Counted from the first letter of the stretch, positions 51,788 through 64,000 are shown. The stretch is DNA of 64,000 bases from Ramazzottius varieornatus (GCA_001949185.1 BDGG01000013.1:1504617-1568616); one strand, 5' to 3'. Program-made: numbers and translations. The notes: generated by a model from the sequence alone, not told the origin.

Positions 51788-52712
51788 CGAACGAAACTGA
51801 GTGCATTATCACAGCAAGGTTAGTTGCTGAAAACGATGTTGCGTGCGTAGGCAGTAGCTGTATTAGTTGAGTACAAGCACAAGCACATAGCGTTCTTGGT
51901 GCATGGTATTTGACGGCGATCGCTTCTAAGTCTTCTTCTGGAGTTCTTGATTAAAAAGAAACTTGAACGAGATGATCGGGCTGCACATGTGATGTTTTGT
52001 TTTGCTTGGGAAGCATTGCGTTCAGTCAGTGGGCCGCAAGGCTGAATAGTTGAAAATTAAAGTGTTGAAGCGATACAGATAAAAATGACGTGAGAGATGT
52101 ATATACGCATACATTGCATCTGTTAGCAGCAATTGCGGATGACTGTGTTTTGTAGGACTCTCAGGCTGGGTCGCCACATACTGTAAATGCAAATTCGCTC
52201 CATCCTCCCACGCCAGATCTCACGAGCTGTTGCATACGGACGCGGAAAGCTAGGCCTGCCGTGAGTAATAATAGATAACCACTATGGTACTGTATTTAAG
52301 CGCTTCGTGAACAACACTCTAGAGACCCGGATATCCGCGGCTCCTCCCAGTCGTCCACCACATTCCAGTTTCTTCTGCCAGGCTGTCATCTGACGTTAAC
52401 GATATCCAGCACGATACGGTTGTGCGCTTGTTTACTCTCCAACAAATTGAACAGCTCTGAATCAAACTGTACTCCTTTACGCCGGGCTTACTTCTAATTT
52501 TGCCATCAAGGTATCTGCAGCACTGGAAAAAAGATCTTCACTTTGCAAAATCTTCCGTTGACTTCGATCCTTCATCTTGTTTAGATTTTTTTTGCGACGG
52601 CTCCAAGTACAATTTGTCTCTGCTACTGTTCGTCCTGATGGGTCCCGGAATATCCAGTATTCCTTTGGAAGTTTTTGATGGGAACCGGTGACCGGGCAAG
52701 AAAGGTTTGAAG

Positions 52713-54294
52713 ATGGCCGTGAACGTTAGCTACACTTGTCCCTTTGGTCCTGTTATTGGTTTTAATCAAACTCGACCACTGGGAATCCATCAAATTCGGT
52801 ACTTCGACCTGGTAACATATCCCTTCTTATTGATGGCCTGTACTGTTGGCAATGTCCTAAATTCTGTTATCCTGGTACGGGACCACGAAGGCGCGAACGG
52901 CTCGAAGAATGCCTACTTACTCGGGATTGCACTTGCAGACATTCTGTACATGTAAGTATAACTTTGTGATGTTGAATTTCACCACCGGCACTGGGGTGCT
53001 TTTGGCCATGAAGAATGTTTTTGGTAAAGGTGGACCGCCATCTTGTCCTACATCAACAATTATGATGGGGAAATCCATGGAAGACCGCGACCTTTCATTC
53101 AAGCGGATATTGCACGCATATCCGGCGTTGGGTACTTTCTGCAGGAAACAAGCGCTGTGGTCTCGTCATGGTACGTCCTTCCAAATTATCCAAGCGTCGA
53201 TTGAGGCGTTGGAATAGTCATTAGTCTAATCGAGCTTTTCGAAAAAAATTGCCTAGGACAAATAACACAGCTGTACTCGTCAATCACTCAACCGGACTCA
53301 TAGCTAGATGACAGTTTTGTAGGTTGATTGTTGGCTTCACGGTGAAGCGCTTCTTCGCCATCAAATACCCGCTGCGTCACCTTGTCTCCTCCAGCACACG
53401 ACGTTCATGGACCATCATAAGCGCCATTGTTCTACTAGCTTGTGCGCTAACGTCATACCGCATAGTGGACTACTACTGGTTCTTCACAAATTACTCGGCA
53501 CGTGGACCTCCTCCCGTTCGACCGGCGCACCTACTCCAGTGGAACAAACTTTTCACTTGGACCATGGTACTGTAGGCATATGACACAAGTCCTGTAAATG
53601 CACTTCCTGGTTAATAATACTTACCGATTCCAAGTGGCGCACACTTTCAGTGCTACCAACTAATAGCCTGCGCAACTTGAGGAAATCATTTTGTCGAGTT
53701 CGATTGTTTTCCCATGTGGCGCATGATCTCAATTTCTAGGTTGGCATCCAGGTGTCGACATTCCTCACCATACTCATCCTGAACTTGAGCCTACTTCATG
53801 TGCTGTCGGCGCAACAGAGAGCACAGCAGAAAGACCTTCAAGAATTCACAGCGACCCTCGAGCGTGAAGCCCTTCCTTCGCCGCGCCTGGAGAAAGGTCC
53901 CATAATCCTATTAAACGCGTGCGTGCTGCTGTACCTCATTACCCACGGGCCAGTGTTTCTGTACAATATCCTGCATATCCTGGAGAAGTCCTGCATTCGG
54001 CAAATGTCACCACACTTTAAGCTGATTTGCATGTCCCTGAACAACATTGCGCTGAACATGTACTTCTCCAGCAATTTCTTCGTCTACTGCGGAGCTGATA
54101 AGAGATTCCGCGCACGTCTCCTCAGCGTATGTACCGGTAGCAGCAGTAGTACGAGCCATAGATCTTCTCATTGCTCGGATGATGTGCACTCCGTTCGTCG
54201 TCATTCGCGTTTTTCCAACAGATCCAACGTCCGTTTGTCCATCGCTTTGCCAGACGACTTGGTTCTGCCTGCGGGTCTGTCTACGGCTCCATAA
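52713..54294 (+). CDS. Class A neuropeptide GPCR, FMRFamide-receptor-like
   Basis: Four exons. TM1 CTVGNVLN, TM2 YLLGIALAD, TM3 SSWLIVGFTVKRFFAIKYPL, TM5 ILNLSLL, TM6 YLITHGP, TM7 FSSNFFVYC...KRFR. Confidence 0.8.
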
Positions 54295-54521
54295 CGATGC
54301 TGAACAGGGTGCATAGCAGTGCGAATGAAATACCCATATCCAGGAAAAGACTAGCTACGTGGAGTGGCACCGCGGAAAAGAAAGATTCGGGGAGTGGGTC
54401 CTCAAATTCCGCGTTGCTCCTGACACCATGCCGATATTCAAAGAAGTCAAGCTTGACAAACTCTCTAAGCACTCCCGTTATCTACGAGCACGAGTCTGCA
54501 TTCTAAAACTACTTTTTTGTA

Positions 54522-54685
54522 CAGTGTACGACAAAATAAACCGTTAAAAATGGGTGTATGGAGCCAGATGGTTAAAGCCAATGAAATTTGCGCATGCAGC
54601 AAACCTAATTTTCGTTGACTGAGTCTTAAGTAAGCTCAGCTGGAGTGTTACGCCCATTTTTAACGGTAAATTTTGTCGTACACTG
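54522..54685. mobile_element. Tc1/mariner-type MITE
   Basis: TIR CAGTGTACGACAAAAT..ACCGTTAAAAATGGG.GTA, TA on both sides. Confidence 0.85.
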
Positions 54686-56323
54686 TACACGCGTACCGTG
54701 AACTGCAGTAGCACCTACTGTCCAACAAATGTCGCCACGTTTACTTCGCCCTTTCTACTGTATGTATGCGTAAGATTTTCTTCTTTCCGTATTGTACTCG
54801 TGAGCTACATGATTTCGATAAATTCCAACCGCTGCTATCGCCAGTCTATCGTCAGTACCGCTGGTGCCTCGACTGAGCTCGTTACGCAAGAGCCAAAATT
54901 CGCATCACCGCAGAAAAAACGCACGGCGAACTTTTGATCCCGATGAAATGCGATGATCTATGAACCCACTAGCTTCAACGGGCAGAAAAAGGGTCCGAAC
55001 ATCGGAGACTCAACTGGCACAGCGGTAAACACCGGGAAGCACGAGTGGCTGGTTGTACTATGCACCTACGGTAGAGCACAGACATTGTCCTGAGCGGGTT
55101 TATACCGTAGGCTCTGCCAGTTTCGGAAATTGGTTATGCTGCTGAGAGATCCTATTTTATATAATAGCTCAGTTGGAATTTTTTAGGTACGCGTGAGCGT
55201 TATTAAACTTGCGGTTGTCATGTTCGATAAGCTTGTTTTCTGGTTTTCTTGAGTAATACAGGAACACCGTGTCGACTTTGGAGACCAGAAAAAACAATTA
55301 AAAATTATTGTCTATAGCGGTAACTGTGGTTTTGAATGACAACTGAAAAGTGGCAAGCGTCTTCACTTCTTATAATTACCCGACCGGACATGGTGGACTG
55401 CGTACACGTACTGTTGCTGGTCACCTTATTATACTTTCTTGTTCGCTGACGCCATTGACTAATTCGCCATGTCCGGTTGTTAGCTCCACTTGTACCCCCC
55501 GTTCGCCTCTCATGAATAGTTTCATTAAACTTCAATTTTCGAATGTCATATGTCACAGTTTATCTTCTCGCTCCGCTTGGCAGTCCAGATGACCCGCCCA
55601 GCACAGGAAGTCCGGATGGCACACAGTGAAGATTAAAGCGCATAGTCACCATTCTGGCACGCTATATTTTCGCAAGGGGGGGGGGGCGTGATCTTAGGCC
55701 GCGAAGGCGGAAAGTGTTTACATATCTGATGGCAAGCTGCAATATCGTAACGTGGTTACAATTACTGATTTGACAGCGGGATCTCGGTCTTGTCACATGT
55801 GAAAGCGCGTATTCTTGTATACTGTATTAACTGTGTGGGGGCGAGTCCTCATGCCTGCCGCTAGGCATGGGAGCTTTCTCGGCAGAAGATCAGGTCCATG
55901 CGAACGCTGAGGGCAAGCAGATCTGTGAAAAAATCTGCGATCGGTCTCGTCGGACAATGCGAGCAAATCTTTTGGATCTGTTAAGGTGGGGTAAACAATT
56001 CGACGCAACTACGTGTGCCTTTTGTCGTAGGAACGTTTAACGTTGTGACGAAGTTTTGGCAAGCTCTTATTCAGTAGACCGGTTACGAATGGCCCCGATA
56101 GCGATATGCATTCGCACTGAAGGTCCTGTTTGCTGTGTATAAAACTATAAGACAACGGTATGTCTATGCTTCGTGGATATTCGCCGAACATGCATGTTTA
56201 ACCGTGAACTTCCACTCCCAAAATCTACCTTTGATTCAGATTATTTGTCAGCCGCTGATTCCAGCTACATCCGGGCTCACTTGGGTCTTTTCTCTTACAC
56301 CACTCATTAAATTCTTTCCAAGT

Positions 56324-56752
56324 ATGGCGGTTCTTCATCGAAGTAAGGATCCACTGAACGACGCGCTGGTCAGGCTGACGCGGGATAACGTCCTTAATCG
56401 CATGGGAGGTGTGCGGATCGCCAAGGGAATGACGAGGGTCGGCGACGCCATCATCGGGTTTGATGGAAAGGACAGGTATGGCAGATACTTCCAGCTGCGT
56501 ATTGACTACGATCCAGTCAAGAAGGGACACGTCAACCTGATCGTCAACGACACCGAGAAGCACGAGTACGTGGGACAGACCGAGAATTGGTTCTTGCAGC
56601 TCGTCAACAACATCAACGGTGGACAATACTGCGACGTTCCGAAGGCCGCGAATCAGAGAACTTGGAACGCAAAGGGAGGAGAAGGGAATGTTAGATACAT
56701 TGCGGGAATAAAGAAGTATATGAAGATGTACATGGATGCTCGTGGAATCTGA
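56324..56752 (+). CDS. Intronless 142-aa orphan; possible bacterial-toxin-like nuclease domain
   Basis: ATG in good context (AGTATGG). Coding-like C/G-ending codons. TATAAAA at about 56138. Motif FQLRIDYDPVKKGHVNL. Confidence 0.6.
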   Translation: MAVLHRSKDPLNDALVRLTRDNVLNRMGGVRIAKGMTRVGDAIIGFDGKDRYGRYFQLRIDYDPVKKGHVNLIVNDTEKHEYVGQTENWFLQLVNNINGGQYCDVPKAANQRTWNAKGGEGNVRYIAGIKKYMKMYMDARGI

Positions 56753-56767
56753 GCTTTGTTTCTAGTA

Positions 56768-57153
56768 CTGTATTACCTCCCAAAATTCACGCACCATTTC
56801 TATTAGGACGCATATGCTGCGTTCGCGATAACCTGCCGATGTGAATGTTATTGACGTCACTTGCGTCAGCTGAAGATCAGCTGTTCGGCCGAAGACTTCG
56901 TCCAGAACGTAAATTTTGCGTTCGATAACAGTTTTCCCATGTTCTCCTATCTCTGATATTTCCGCCTGGTGTTTTGAAACATCAAAAAGACAAAGAATCG
57001 TCTGAAGAATTAGAATCGACGGCAAAGTTAAATCGTCTTACAGTCCGAAAGGACGTAATACGTGGACGAGCTTAGGTATGGCATTTGTTGATTCGCAATC
57101 TCCGTGAAGAAAATAGTGGCTGTGACGTACATGAATGTTGGGAGGTAACACAG
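56768..57153. mobile_element. MITE immediately downstream of the orphan ORF
   Basis: CTGT.TTACCTCCCAA.ATTCA inverted at both ends, TA-flanked. Confidence 0.6.
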
Positions 57154-57383
57154 TAGCGTAAAAGTTGCTCTGCAATGCAAATTTAATACATAGTATTCAA
57201 ACTTGGTTTTGCGCACGTTTCTAGCGTTTTCGATCTACAAACCCAAAGACGAGCGTAGTCGAGTGTACTTGGAGCCATACAGCTAAATGAAAATAAAGCC
57301 ATCTGACTGACGTAAATGTTCTTGGCATTCGCCGTCGCGGCGAGATTTCAGGGGCTAACGCCTGCAGATACGGTAGTAAGGTA

Positions 57384-57988
57384 CTGTAGTGCTCGCAGTT
57401 TATCGCGCACTCAACCACGTGATTAGTCAGGTTTGCCCGGCAAGATCAGTTGTTGCCAGAAGGGCGTGAGTTGATTGACTTTAATGGGTCGTCAGTTATT
57501 TTGAAAAACGATCCGGTCCAAATTCCAGTTTCTTTCACTGGATCCGAAGGTAGAAAACATTGTCATGGCTAGGACCCGTATATTTATAGCGATGAGGATG
57601 CGGAGAAAGCTTTGAGAAACTATGAAGAGAGCGGATTATCGAGGAGAAAGCATGCGAAGCTTACAGGAATTCCGGAATCAGCCATGCGCAGCTGGCGGTG
57701 AGTCGAATGATACCTGTTCCATAAGCAGCTGATAAGCTTCACGGAACCTCATGTTTTTGCTTCACAAAGCAAAGATTCCGGGCAAGCGAGGACCGGAGAA
57801 AAGTGAGCAGATACCGGAAACGCTCCAGATGGAAATGAGCAATTTGAGTTTGACTTTTCAGAATAACACTTGTCTTAACCGATGGCCAATCATTGATTGT
57901 TGATAAAGCAGTACAACGTCTAAAATCCCGATCGGGCGTTATCTACTGTTCACGTGGTTGAGTGCGCGATAAACTGCGAGCACTACAG
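57384..57988 (+). mobile_element. pogo-type non-autonomous element with HTH remnant
   Basis: 39-bp perfect TIR CTGTAGTGCTCGCAGTTTATCGCGCACTCAACCACGTGA with TA TSD. Internal YSDEDAEKALRNYEESGLSRRKHAKLTGIPESAMRSWR* is an HTH. Confidence 0.9.
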
Positions 57989-59658
57989 TACAAAAAAGAG
58001 AAGTAAAAAGGAGAAGCTCAGAAGCTGAAATGTTGGGGCCAAATTTTGCAGCCGTACCAAAAGTTAACGTTCAACGTCATTCAGGTTATACGCAAGATGT
58101 TATTGTGGCCATCATACTCCAACAACACTTACCCGCACTTTTGTGCGGGACCTGCACGTATTATGAGACAGAGCGCCGTGCTGTTGCTATACAGGTGTGA
58201 TGCGAGCAAGACGACGTCGCCATGAAAAGTCGCCGCATTTGAGCTAGGAGAAGTTGTGCACGCGCTGGGTATAAGTGCAGCCAATGACTTGCCCGTGCAC
58301 ACGTTGAGTCAGTAAATGAAGTCGTGACTCACACAGCCCGTACCACTCATGTGTCCCCCGGTCGAGTCGCGCACCCTGCTGGGTTACAGATCCCCTTATT
58401 GCGCCACTGTACCGTCACTCACTACCGAGTGCACCGAGAAGACTTGAGCAGTATCCAAACATTCACGCATCAACCTGCTTAGGTCTTCCCTATTTAATCT
58501 GATATTGCTGTGAGGGGATGGTTTTAATTACGGAGAGGACTACGGGTGTTAGAAGTATTAAACGATCTCTCCCTTTCGAGCTTGATGAAGCGCAATATTC
58601 AAGTTCCGCGCGGGAGGGACTGCCTTAACGTCAAGAAGAGACGATAGCACAGACTGTCCAGAGTGTATGCTCTGCTGAAAACAGCCGTCTTGTGGTAAAC
58701 CGTAACTGGCAATCGCACGAAAAGACAGGTAAACAAACCTGTTCCGTTCCCAATGATAACAAGGCATTTCAGAAGAACAATGACGAAACTCAGAACAGAA
58801 TCGAAGAGGCACTGTTCTACTGAACAAAATCTCGTTGGAAAATTTGAAATTTCCGAAAAGCGGTAATTGTTTACCGGAAATCAATCAAGGCCTTTATGTT
58901 GAGACTTTAATCAGCCGAACACAACGTGCCAACAAGATTACTCGACTCGAACGATGAGTGCAAGCGTGGCTTGGCTGTGAGTTAAGCGCGTGCGTGTCAC
59001 GAGGTTTTACCGGCCAGTACGGCAAACCACGTGACTTCGTCTTGCGCAAATCCCATCTGTATGTTGCTATATGAGGGAGCACAATGATTACTGTTCTTCT
59101 CGCTGGAAGACGTTTTCGCCACCGGAGTTGTCGCCGATCATCTGAATATTTCTCGCTTTGATAATGTACAGTGATGTTTAGATACCACAATGGTGTTCCT
59201 GCATATGTCCACAACACAACGAACTGAAAAAATTGTGACAACTAATAAAACTTCCCGATTGGCAAAAGTACTGGATTTTACTGCGGTTAATTCTGAATTG
59301 GTGTTTAGTGATGTCTTACCAATTTTTGGTAGAGGTAGCACTAGTACTGTAGGATCTTCCGGGTACGATTGTTCGATTATACTGGACACTGAGCTCGCAA
59401 GTCAGTGTGATTTTCCGTCTGCAAATACGTAGGCAGGCATGACGTCATAGCTGCTGAGTTCGAATTTTCTCTTCCTGCCTTGAAGGAGTTAGAGCAAAGG
59501 GAGCTGCACGCACACAGACACAGTTTATCGATCGATTTCCGTCCCTCCCGACGCGTATAGTGCGACTCCTAAGGACAGCATCTGTTCGAATTCGTTGGAT
59601 CCACTGGATTACTCCGACTTTTATTCTGGTACTTTGAGTTCGGATCTCCTGTTCGAGA

Positions 59659-59967
59659 ATGTGGCAGATATGTGGACCGAAGCTGGCGATCACGGGAATG
59701 ATTTTAAGTATCTGGGGTATCTTCCAGCTAGTGCTGATGGGAGTGTTCTTCTTCATGGAGAGCCCGATACTGGTGGAAGAGCTGCCCCTGAACGAGACGG
59801 AGTATCTACATGATGCTTTGCATGGCGGCGGACATGAGATCACATCGGCTTATCGACAGCAAGCCTACAACTGCTGGGTGGGAGCCATCCTCTACGCCCT
59901 GTTACTGATCCTGTCCGGACAGCAAGCATTCATGAGTCTTCGTAGAGCATCCTACACCGGAGTTTAA
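59659..59967 (+). CDS. RNASEK: Ribonuclease kappa / V-ATPase subunit f homolog, intronless
   Basis: ICGPKLAITGMILSIWGIFQLVLMGVFF...ILVEELP...AYRQQAYNCWVGAILY; two TM helices; 102 aa. Confidence 0.92.
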   Translation: MWQICGPKLAITGMILSIWGIFQLVLMGVFFFMESPILVEELPLNETEYLHDALHGGGHEITSAYRQQAYNCWVGAILYALLLILSGQQAFMSLRRASYTGV

Positions 59968-60337
59968 ATTGGAAGTAGTATGTTCTGTTTGGCCTGTGCT
60001 CGTGTAAATTGCTTGATCGGTAAAGACTGTCCTGGCGGATGACTGGTCTTGTTAGTGAATTTGGATGGATCTCAAAAATGTGCATTGATCACAAAAACCA
60101 GTTTGAATTAAAACAATCGAGGAAGGCGATACTGAATTCGCTTTTCGCCTTCTCTGGTAAATTCTTGAACAGGGACAAAAAGAGATTCAAAAAAACAATA
60201 CTGCACACGTAAGCGTGCGAAAAGAACCTGGAAAATTGGCTAATACATCCGCTCCAGCTTTGTCTGAGTTTATGGAATCGTCTGGCCACACAAGATGCTG
60301 CGAGATGCAGGAAGTTAAGGCGCCAAGTTTGCGCTCA

Positions 60338-63059
60338 TCAGTTCTTTTTCAGTCGCTCCGGTACAAATAAAACCTTTTTCCACCTTTCGACCACCGTCTC
60401 GCTACTTTCATTCCTGTACCGGAAAGCTCGATCCCTCGGTGCAGAACCATCCGCAGCTCTGTAGTCCGTCGTACCTTTCAAGTCCGACAGCAGCGCCGCC
60501 GGTAGTACATCTCGGTCAGTGTAACACCACTCTCCCAGCGGTTCATCCGATATGCTGCATCCAAAGCACTCCTTCTGGATAACTATAGGCAACGTACTGT
60601 CCGGATATCGACATCGTTTATTCGGAATGTGATGACTGACGATCTTGTACTTCAAGGCAACGGCCTGTTCTCCGAACAGGTACTCGTTTCCGGTCTTGTC
60701 CTCGGGATCAATGACGAAGACCCGAGGAGATGGCATCACGCATCGGTCCACTTTGTCCTCCCATACCTGCAAATCAAATTATTTATTCCGAATTCAGTAG
60801 TCAGTAGTCAGTTTTAGACAGAACAAAATTGGAGTTATATGGGTTTCCAACAAGCTAAAGAAAAGACCGCGGAAAAATTTTCTAACCGAGTCGGTTGAAA
60901 GTGCTGACGGATTGGTCAATGCGAATTCAAATTTTGAATTGTTATCCTTGAACGAGTAAGCCTGTGGAATTCATGGACAATTCTTTGTCGGTGAGTCATA
61001 TAAATCTCGATACCTGGTGGACAGCTTCGCCGTTTTGCAGAATATCGTGCTTGATGCCCGACAAATCCTGACAGGTCGCTAGTATTTCACCCGACAGCGC
61101 GAACTTCAACAGCGCTTCATTCCGCTGCCACCCCGAGTCCTCCGTAGCTTTCGTGACAAGCATATCAGCAAACTCAACAAATTCAGGCGAAGCGTAACTA
61201 AAGATTCCAATTTGGATCGGAGTCAGTTCAAATATCTCACAGTACTGCAATAGCTTCCCCGCGAAGAATAATCCATCAGCCGTGATCAGCACAACATTCA
61301 CACCTGCGATCAACGCTTGAAGACTGTTATGCTTCTTGACTAGTAGGACACCGTTCTGCAGTGAGACATAGTTGAGTTCCGATATCCGGTCAACCACGAC
61401 TCGTGGAAAGCCAGGCTGCTCCACCACTATCTTGTTCCGGGGGGAATAATGTATGAAGACAGGTTTCGGCTTGCCCACTGACTCGTCGCTTTCGATCTCT
61501 TCCACAGGGTTCCATTCCTCTTCTGGGTACACTCGATGTGTCGTGATTCGTAACTCCGGGTCAACTTGTACTTTTCGGAGAAACCCACTGCGATGCTTCT
61601 CGTAACTTCGTTGCAGACCCGAACTACTGATGTAGACGATGGTGTGTGGTGGCTCGAAATGGTACATGGACTTCCGGGTAGGTGTAAGCGGTCTTTGGAA
61701 GTCTTCAACTGATTCCTGAAAGACTAAAGGGGGTTCTTCGTCCTCAAGTTTAGCTCTCCGACCATCGGGCTGGTGAAAGTCGAGTGTACCATTCGTCAGT
61801 ACACGATGTACGATGCCGTTTCTCCTTACAGCCGTAGCAAAAGTTTTACCGTGATTATTCTTCTCAGTAACCACTTCCATCTCGCAGAAAACTTCTTCGT
61901 CGTTGCCTATTCTGGTGACGATACCATTGATATCAAAAATACCAATTGCGACTTGTCCCGTCTCGTCTTTTTCAAAAGAGAGGAACGTGCTGGTGTCGAA
62001 CTCGATCGAGATCCGTCTTCCTTGTTCGCTGTCGTTGACGTAAACCTCGAGATCTTCATTCATGAGTGCCGTGATGTGGACGAAAATCTTCTCGTTGAAG
62101 GACTCGCTCGAATCGATGAGGATCATGGCGTCTGGACAGTAGATCTTCTCTTCGTGACGGACCATCTTGGTTAAAACATTCGTGAGGGAGTAGGCGGAAG
62201 TCAGTCGATGGGCGGAAGCGGCTGTACAGTCTGGCGGAAGAGGTTCGTTCGCTCTGTTCCAGATGAAGGGCGGAATCGACTTTTCCTTTTTGCTGTTTTT
62301 CGCTTGGTCTGCTGTACTGATAACGGAGGTGTTGGAATTGGCCGAACTGGCTGTCAGACTGGCGTTCGACTGATTAACGTATAACCGAGACACTTGTTCC
62401 GCCGGGGTTGCATTCGGTTGATTGACCGATTGTAGATTGGCGCTGTTTTGTTCCTTGAGTTTAAAGCGCCAGTTGCATCGTTGAGCGAAGAGATTCTTGT
62501 TGTTCCGTACCAGGTTTTTTAAGCTGCTCTTTCTGAGGAACATCTGGAAATGGTCGTTCTCGGGCGAGTCTAAGAATTCCGTACACTGGTTCTGGTAGGC
62601 AAGTTGGCTTTGGCAGCCATACGGGAACTGTGGACTGATCTGTCCAGCTCGACGCGGGCAGCGGTAAGCGCGATTGAGGTTCTCGTCCGCCCATGTCCGG
62701 ACATTCTCCATAATATTGCAGACGAAGGTGGCAAAGTCCGCCCGAGAGTGAAGGCGGGTTTCAGAACGACGGACGTGGGAATGCGAGTGTTTCTCGTGCA
62801 ACGCGTAAAAGATGACGAAGATCTTCTTAGATGCCTTGTCGTAGCGGATGCTGTGGTGGAAATACTGCCGATCTGCTTCACTCAGCGCCGTCAGAAGGTG
62901 CTTTTTCGTGTAGCTTACTATAGTGTAGTAGTTTTCCATGCTCAGAAGTTGGGAAAGGTAAGGTGGTGGATTTCGTACTTTAATACCACCTGGATCCAGA
63001 GGCTGCGGGTCTGGTGAGATGATAAACTCATATTTCTCTTCCTGCAAGATGGAAGACAT
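60338..63059 (-). CDS. Large protein, C-terminal part SPAG17/PF6-like (central-pair axonemal protein)
   Basis: Exons 63059-61014 and 60766-60338 join in phase 0 (about 824 aa). Beta-rich repeats and PRVFVIDPEDKTGNEYL resemble the SPAG17 PRxFVxxxDGSGxELL region, from recall. Confidence 0.45.
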
Positions 63060-63152
63060 CCTGTACCAACATAGAACTTGTGGCGCGCATCCGGTGACAT
63101 GAATCGAAATGAAAACAGTTTAGGTGGACATCTAATCAGAAAAAGGTATCAA

Positions 63153-63427
63153 GTGAGCAGTGGGCAAAGTAACTCAGGTGTCACGTGGTAAAATTCCNNN
63201 NNNNNNNNNNNNNNNNNNNNNNNNNNNNNNNNNNNNNNNNNNNNNNNNNNNNNNNNNNNNNNNNNNNNNNNNNNNNNNNNNNNNNNNNNNNNNNNNNNNN
63301 NNNNNNNNNNNNNNNNNNNNNNNNNNNNNNAGAGACGTCAGAGCAGCCAAATCTGAGCTAGCCCGTAATCTCTCAACAAGCGGGAATTTCACCACGTGAC
63401 ACTTGAGTTACTTTGCCCACTGCTCAC
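63153..63427. mobile_element. Inverted-repeat element spanning an assembly gap
   Basis: GTGAGCAGTGGGCAAAGTAACTCA.GTGTCACGTGGT.AAATTCC at 63153-63197 and its reverse complement at about 63383-63427. Confidence 0.7.
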
Positions 63428-63479
63428 TGCTCACTGCTCACTGCTCAAGTAATGGTTTCCGAACTCTTTCAACCAGAGT

Positions 63480-63705
63480 GGACTTGACCAAGCCTTGGTC
63501 GGACCAATTGGTCAAAGTTTTGGCCAATATTGGTCAAGTAAAACTGGCCAATGGTCAAAGAAACTGTGTCTTTGGTCAAATTATTGACCATGGGTGTGGC
63601 CCATTGGCGAACGATTTCGGCCAACTGGTCAAACTTTGGCCAACGTTTTATCCAATTTGGCTTTTGGTCAAAGTTTTTGGCCAAAAACTTCGACCATTGG
63701 TCACG
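63480..63705. repeat. Degenerate TTGG(T/C)CAA / TTGACCA tandem array
   Basis: More than 15 copies of TTGGTCAA/TTGGCCAA-like motifs in about 220 bp. Confidence 0.7.
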
Positions 63706-64000
63706 ATTTTAGCAAAAAGTAGGGAAGGAGTCTTACGTCATCCTTGAGCCTGTGTCGACGTTTTACTACAATGATTGAATGAAAGCTACCAATACACAGA
63801 TGCATGCATACTACATACGAACCAGTGAACTCGGAATGTGCTTCTTGATCTGGGCAGAAGTCCTCCACGCCGACATGGCTTCAGCCAAGCTATTGACGTG
63901 TTCATCATCCGCGATGAAGAAGCTTGGCATACTGGCAATCTTCTTCTTGATGATGCGAAACATTTTGTCAATCCATTGTCTGGCGTATATCAGCTTGATC

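Overview
This is eukaryotic, intron-rich, gene-dense animal DNA with short GT-AG introns and four assembly gaps. The gene style is compatible with a compact invertebrate genome such as a tardigrade, but that is inference only. I found no rRNA, tRNA or CRISPR. From left to right: a dead hAT transposon; DHX30-like DEAH helicase (+); Rieske-domain protein (-); a decaying secreted Cys-rich gene (-); a tandem array of three receptor-guanylyl-cyclase/natriuretic-peptide-receptor-like genes plus a relic exon, all stopping just after the transmembrane helix with no kinase-homology or cyclase domain; prolyl 4-hydroxylase alpha (-); an intronless NAP1-family gene (-); a 6-kb mosaic of transposon pieces containing an intron-bearing DNA polymerase lambda fragment; a divergent Slo/BK potassium channel lacking the Ca2+ bowl and the main S4 charge; a small three-exon orphan; an FMRFamide-receptor-like GPCR with KRF in place of E/DRY; an intronless 142-aa orphan with a motif reminiscent of bacterial polymorphic-toxin nucleases; RNASEK; and a SPAG17-like gene (-). 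Many MITEs with clear TIRs or TSDs fill introns and intergenic space. The strongest leads are the cyclase-less receptor array (one copy frameshifted to a possible soluble ectodomain), the toxin-like orphan, the sensor-less BK channel and the captured POLL fragment. All exon junctions were translated by hand and need RNA-seq confirmation.
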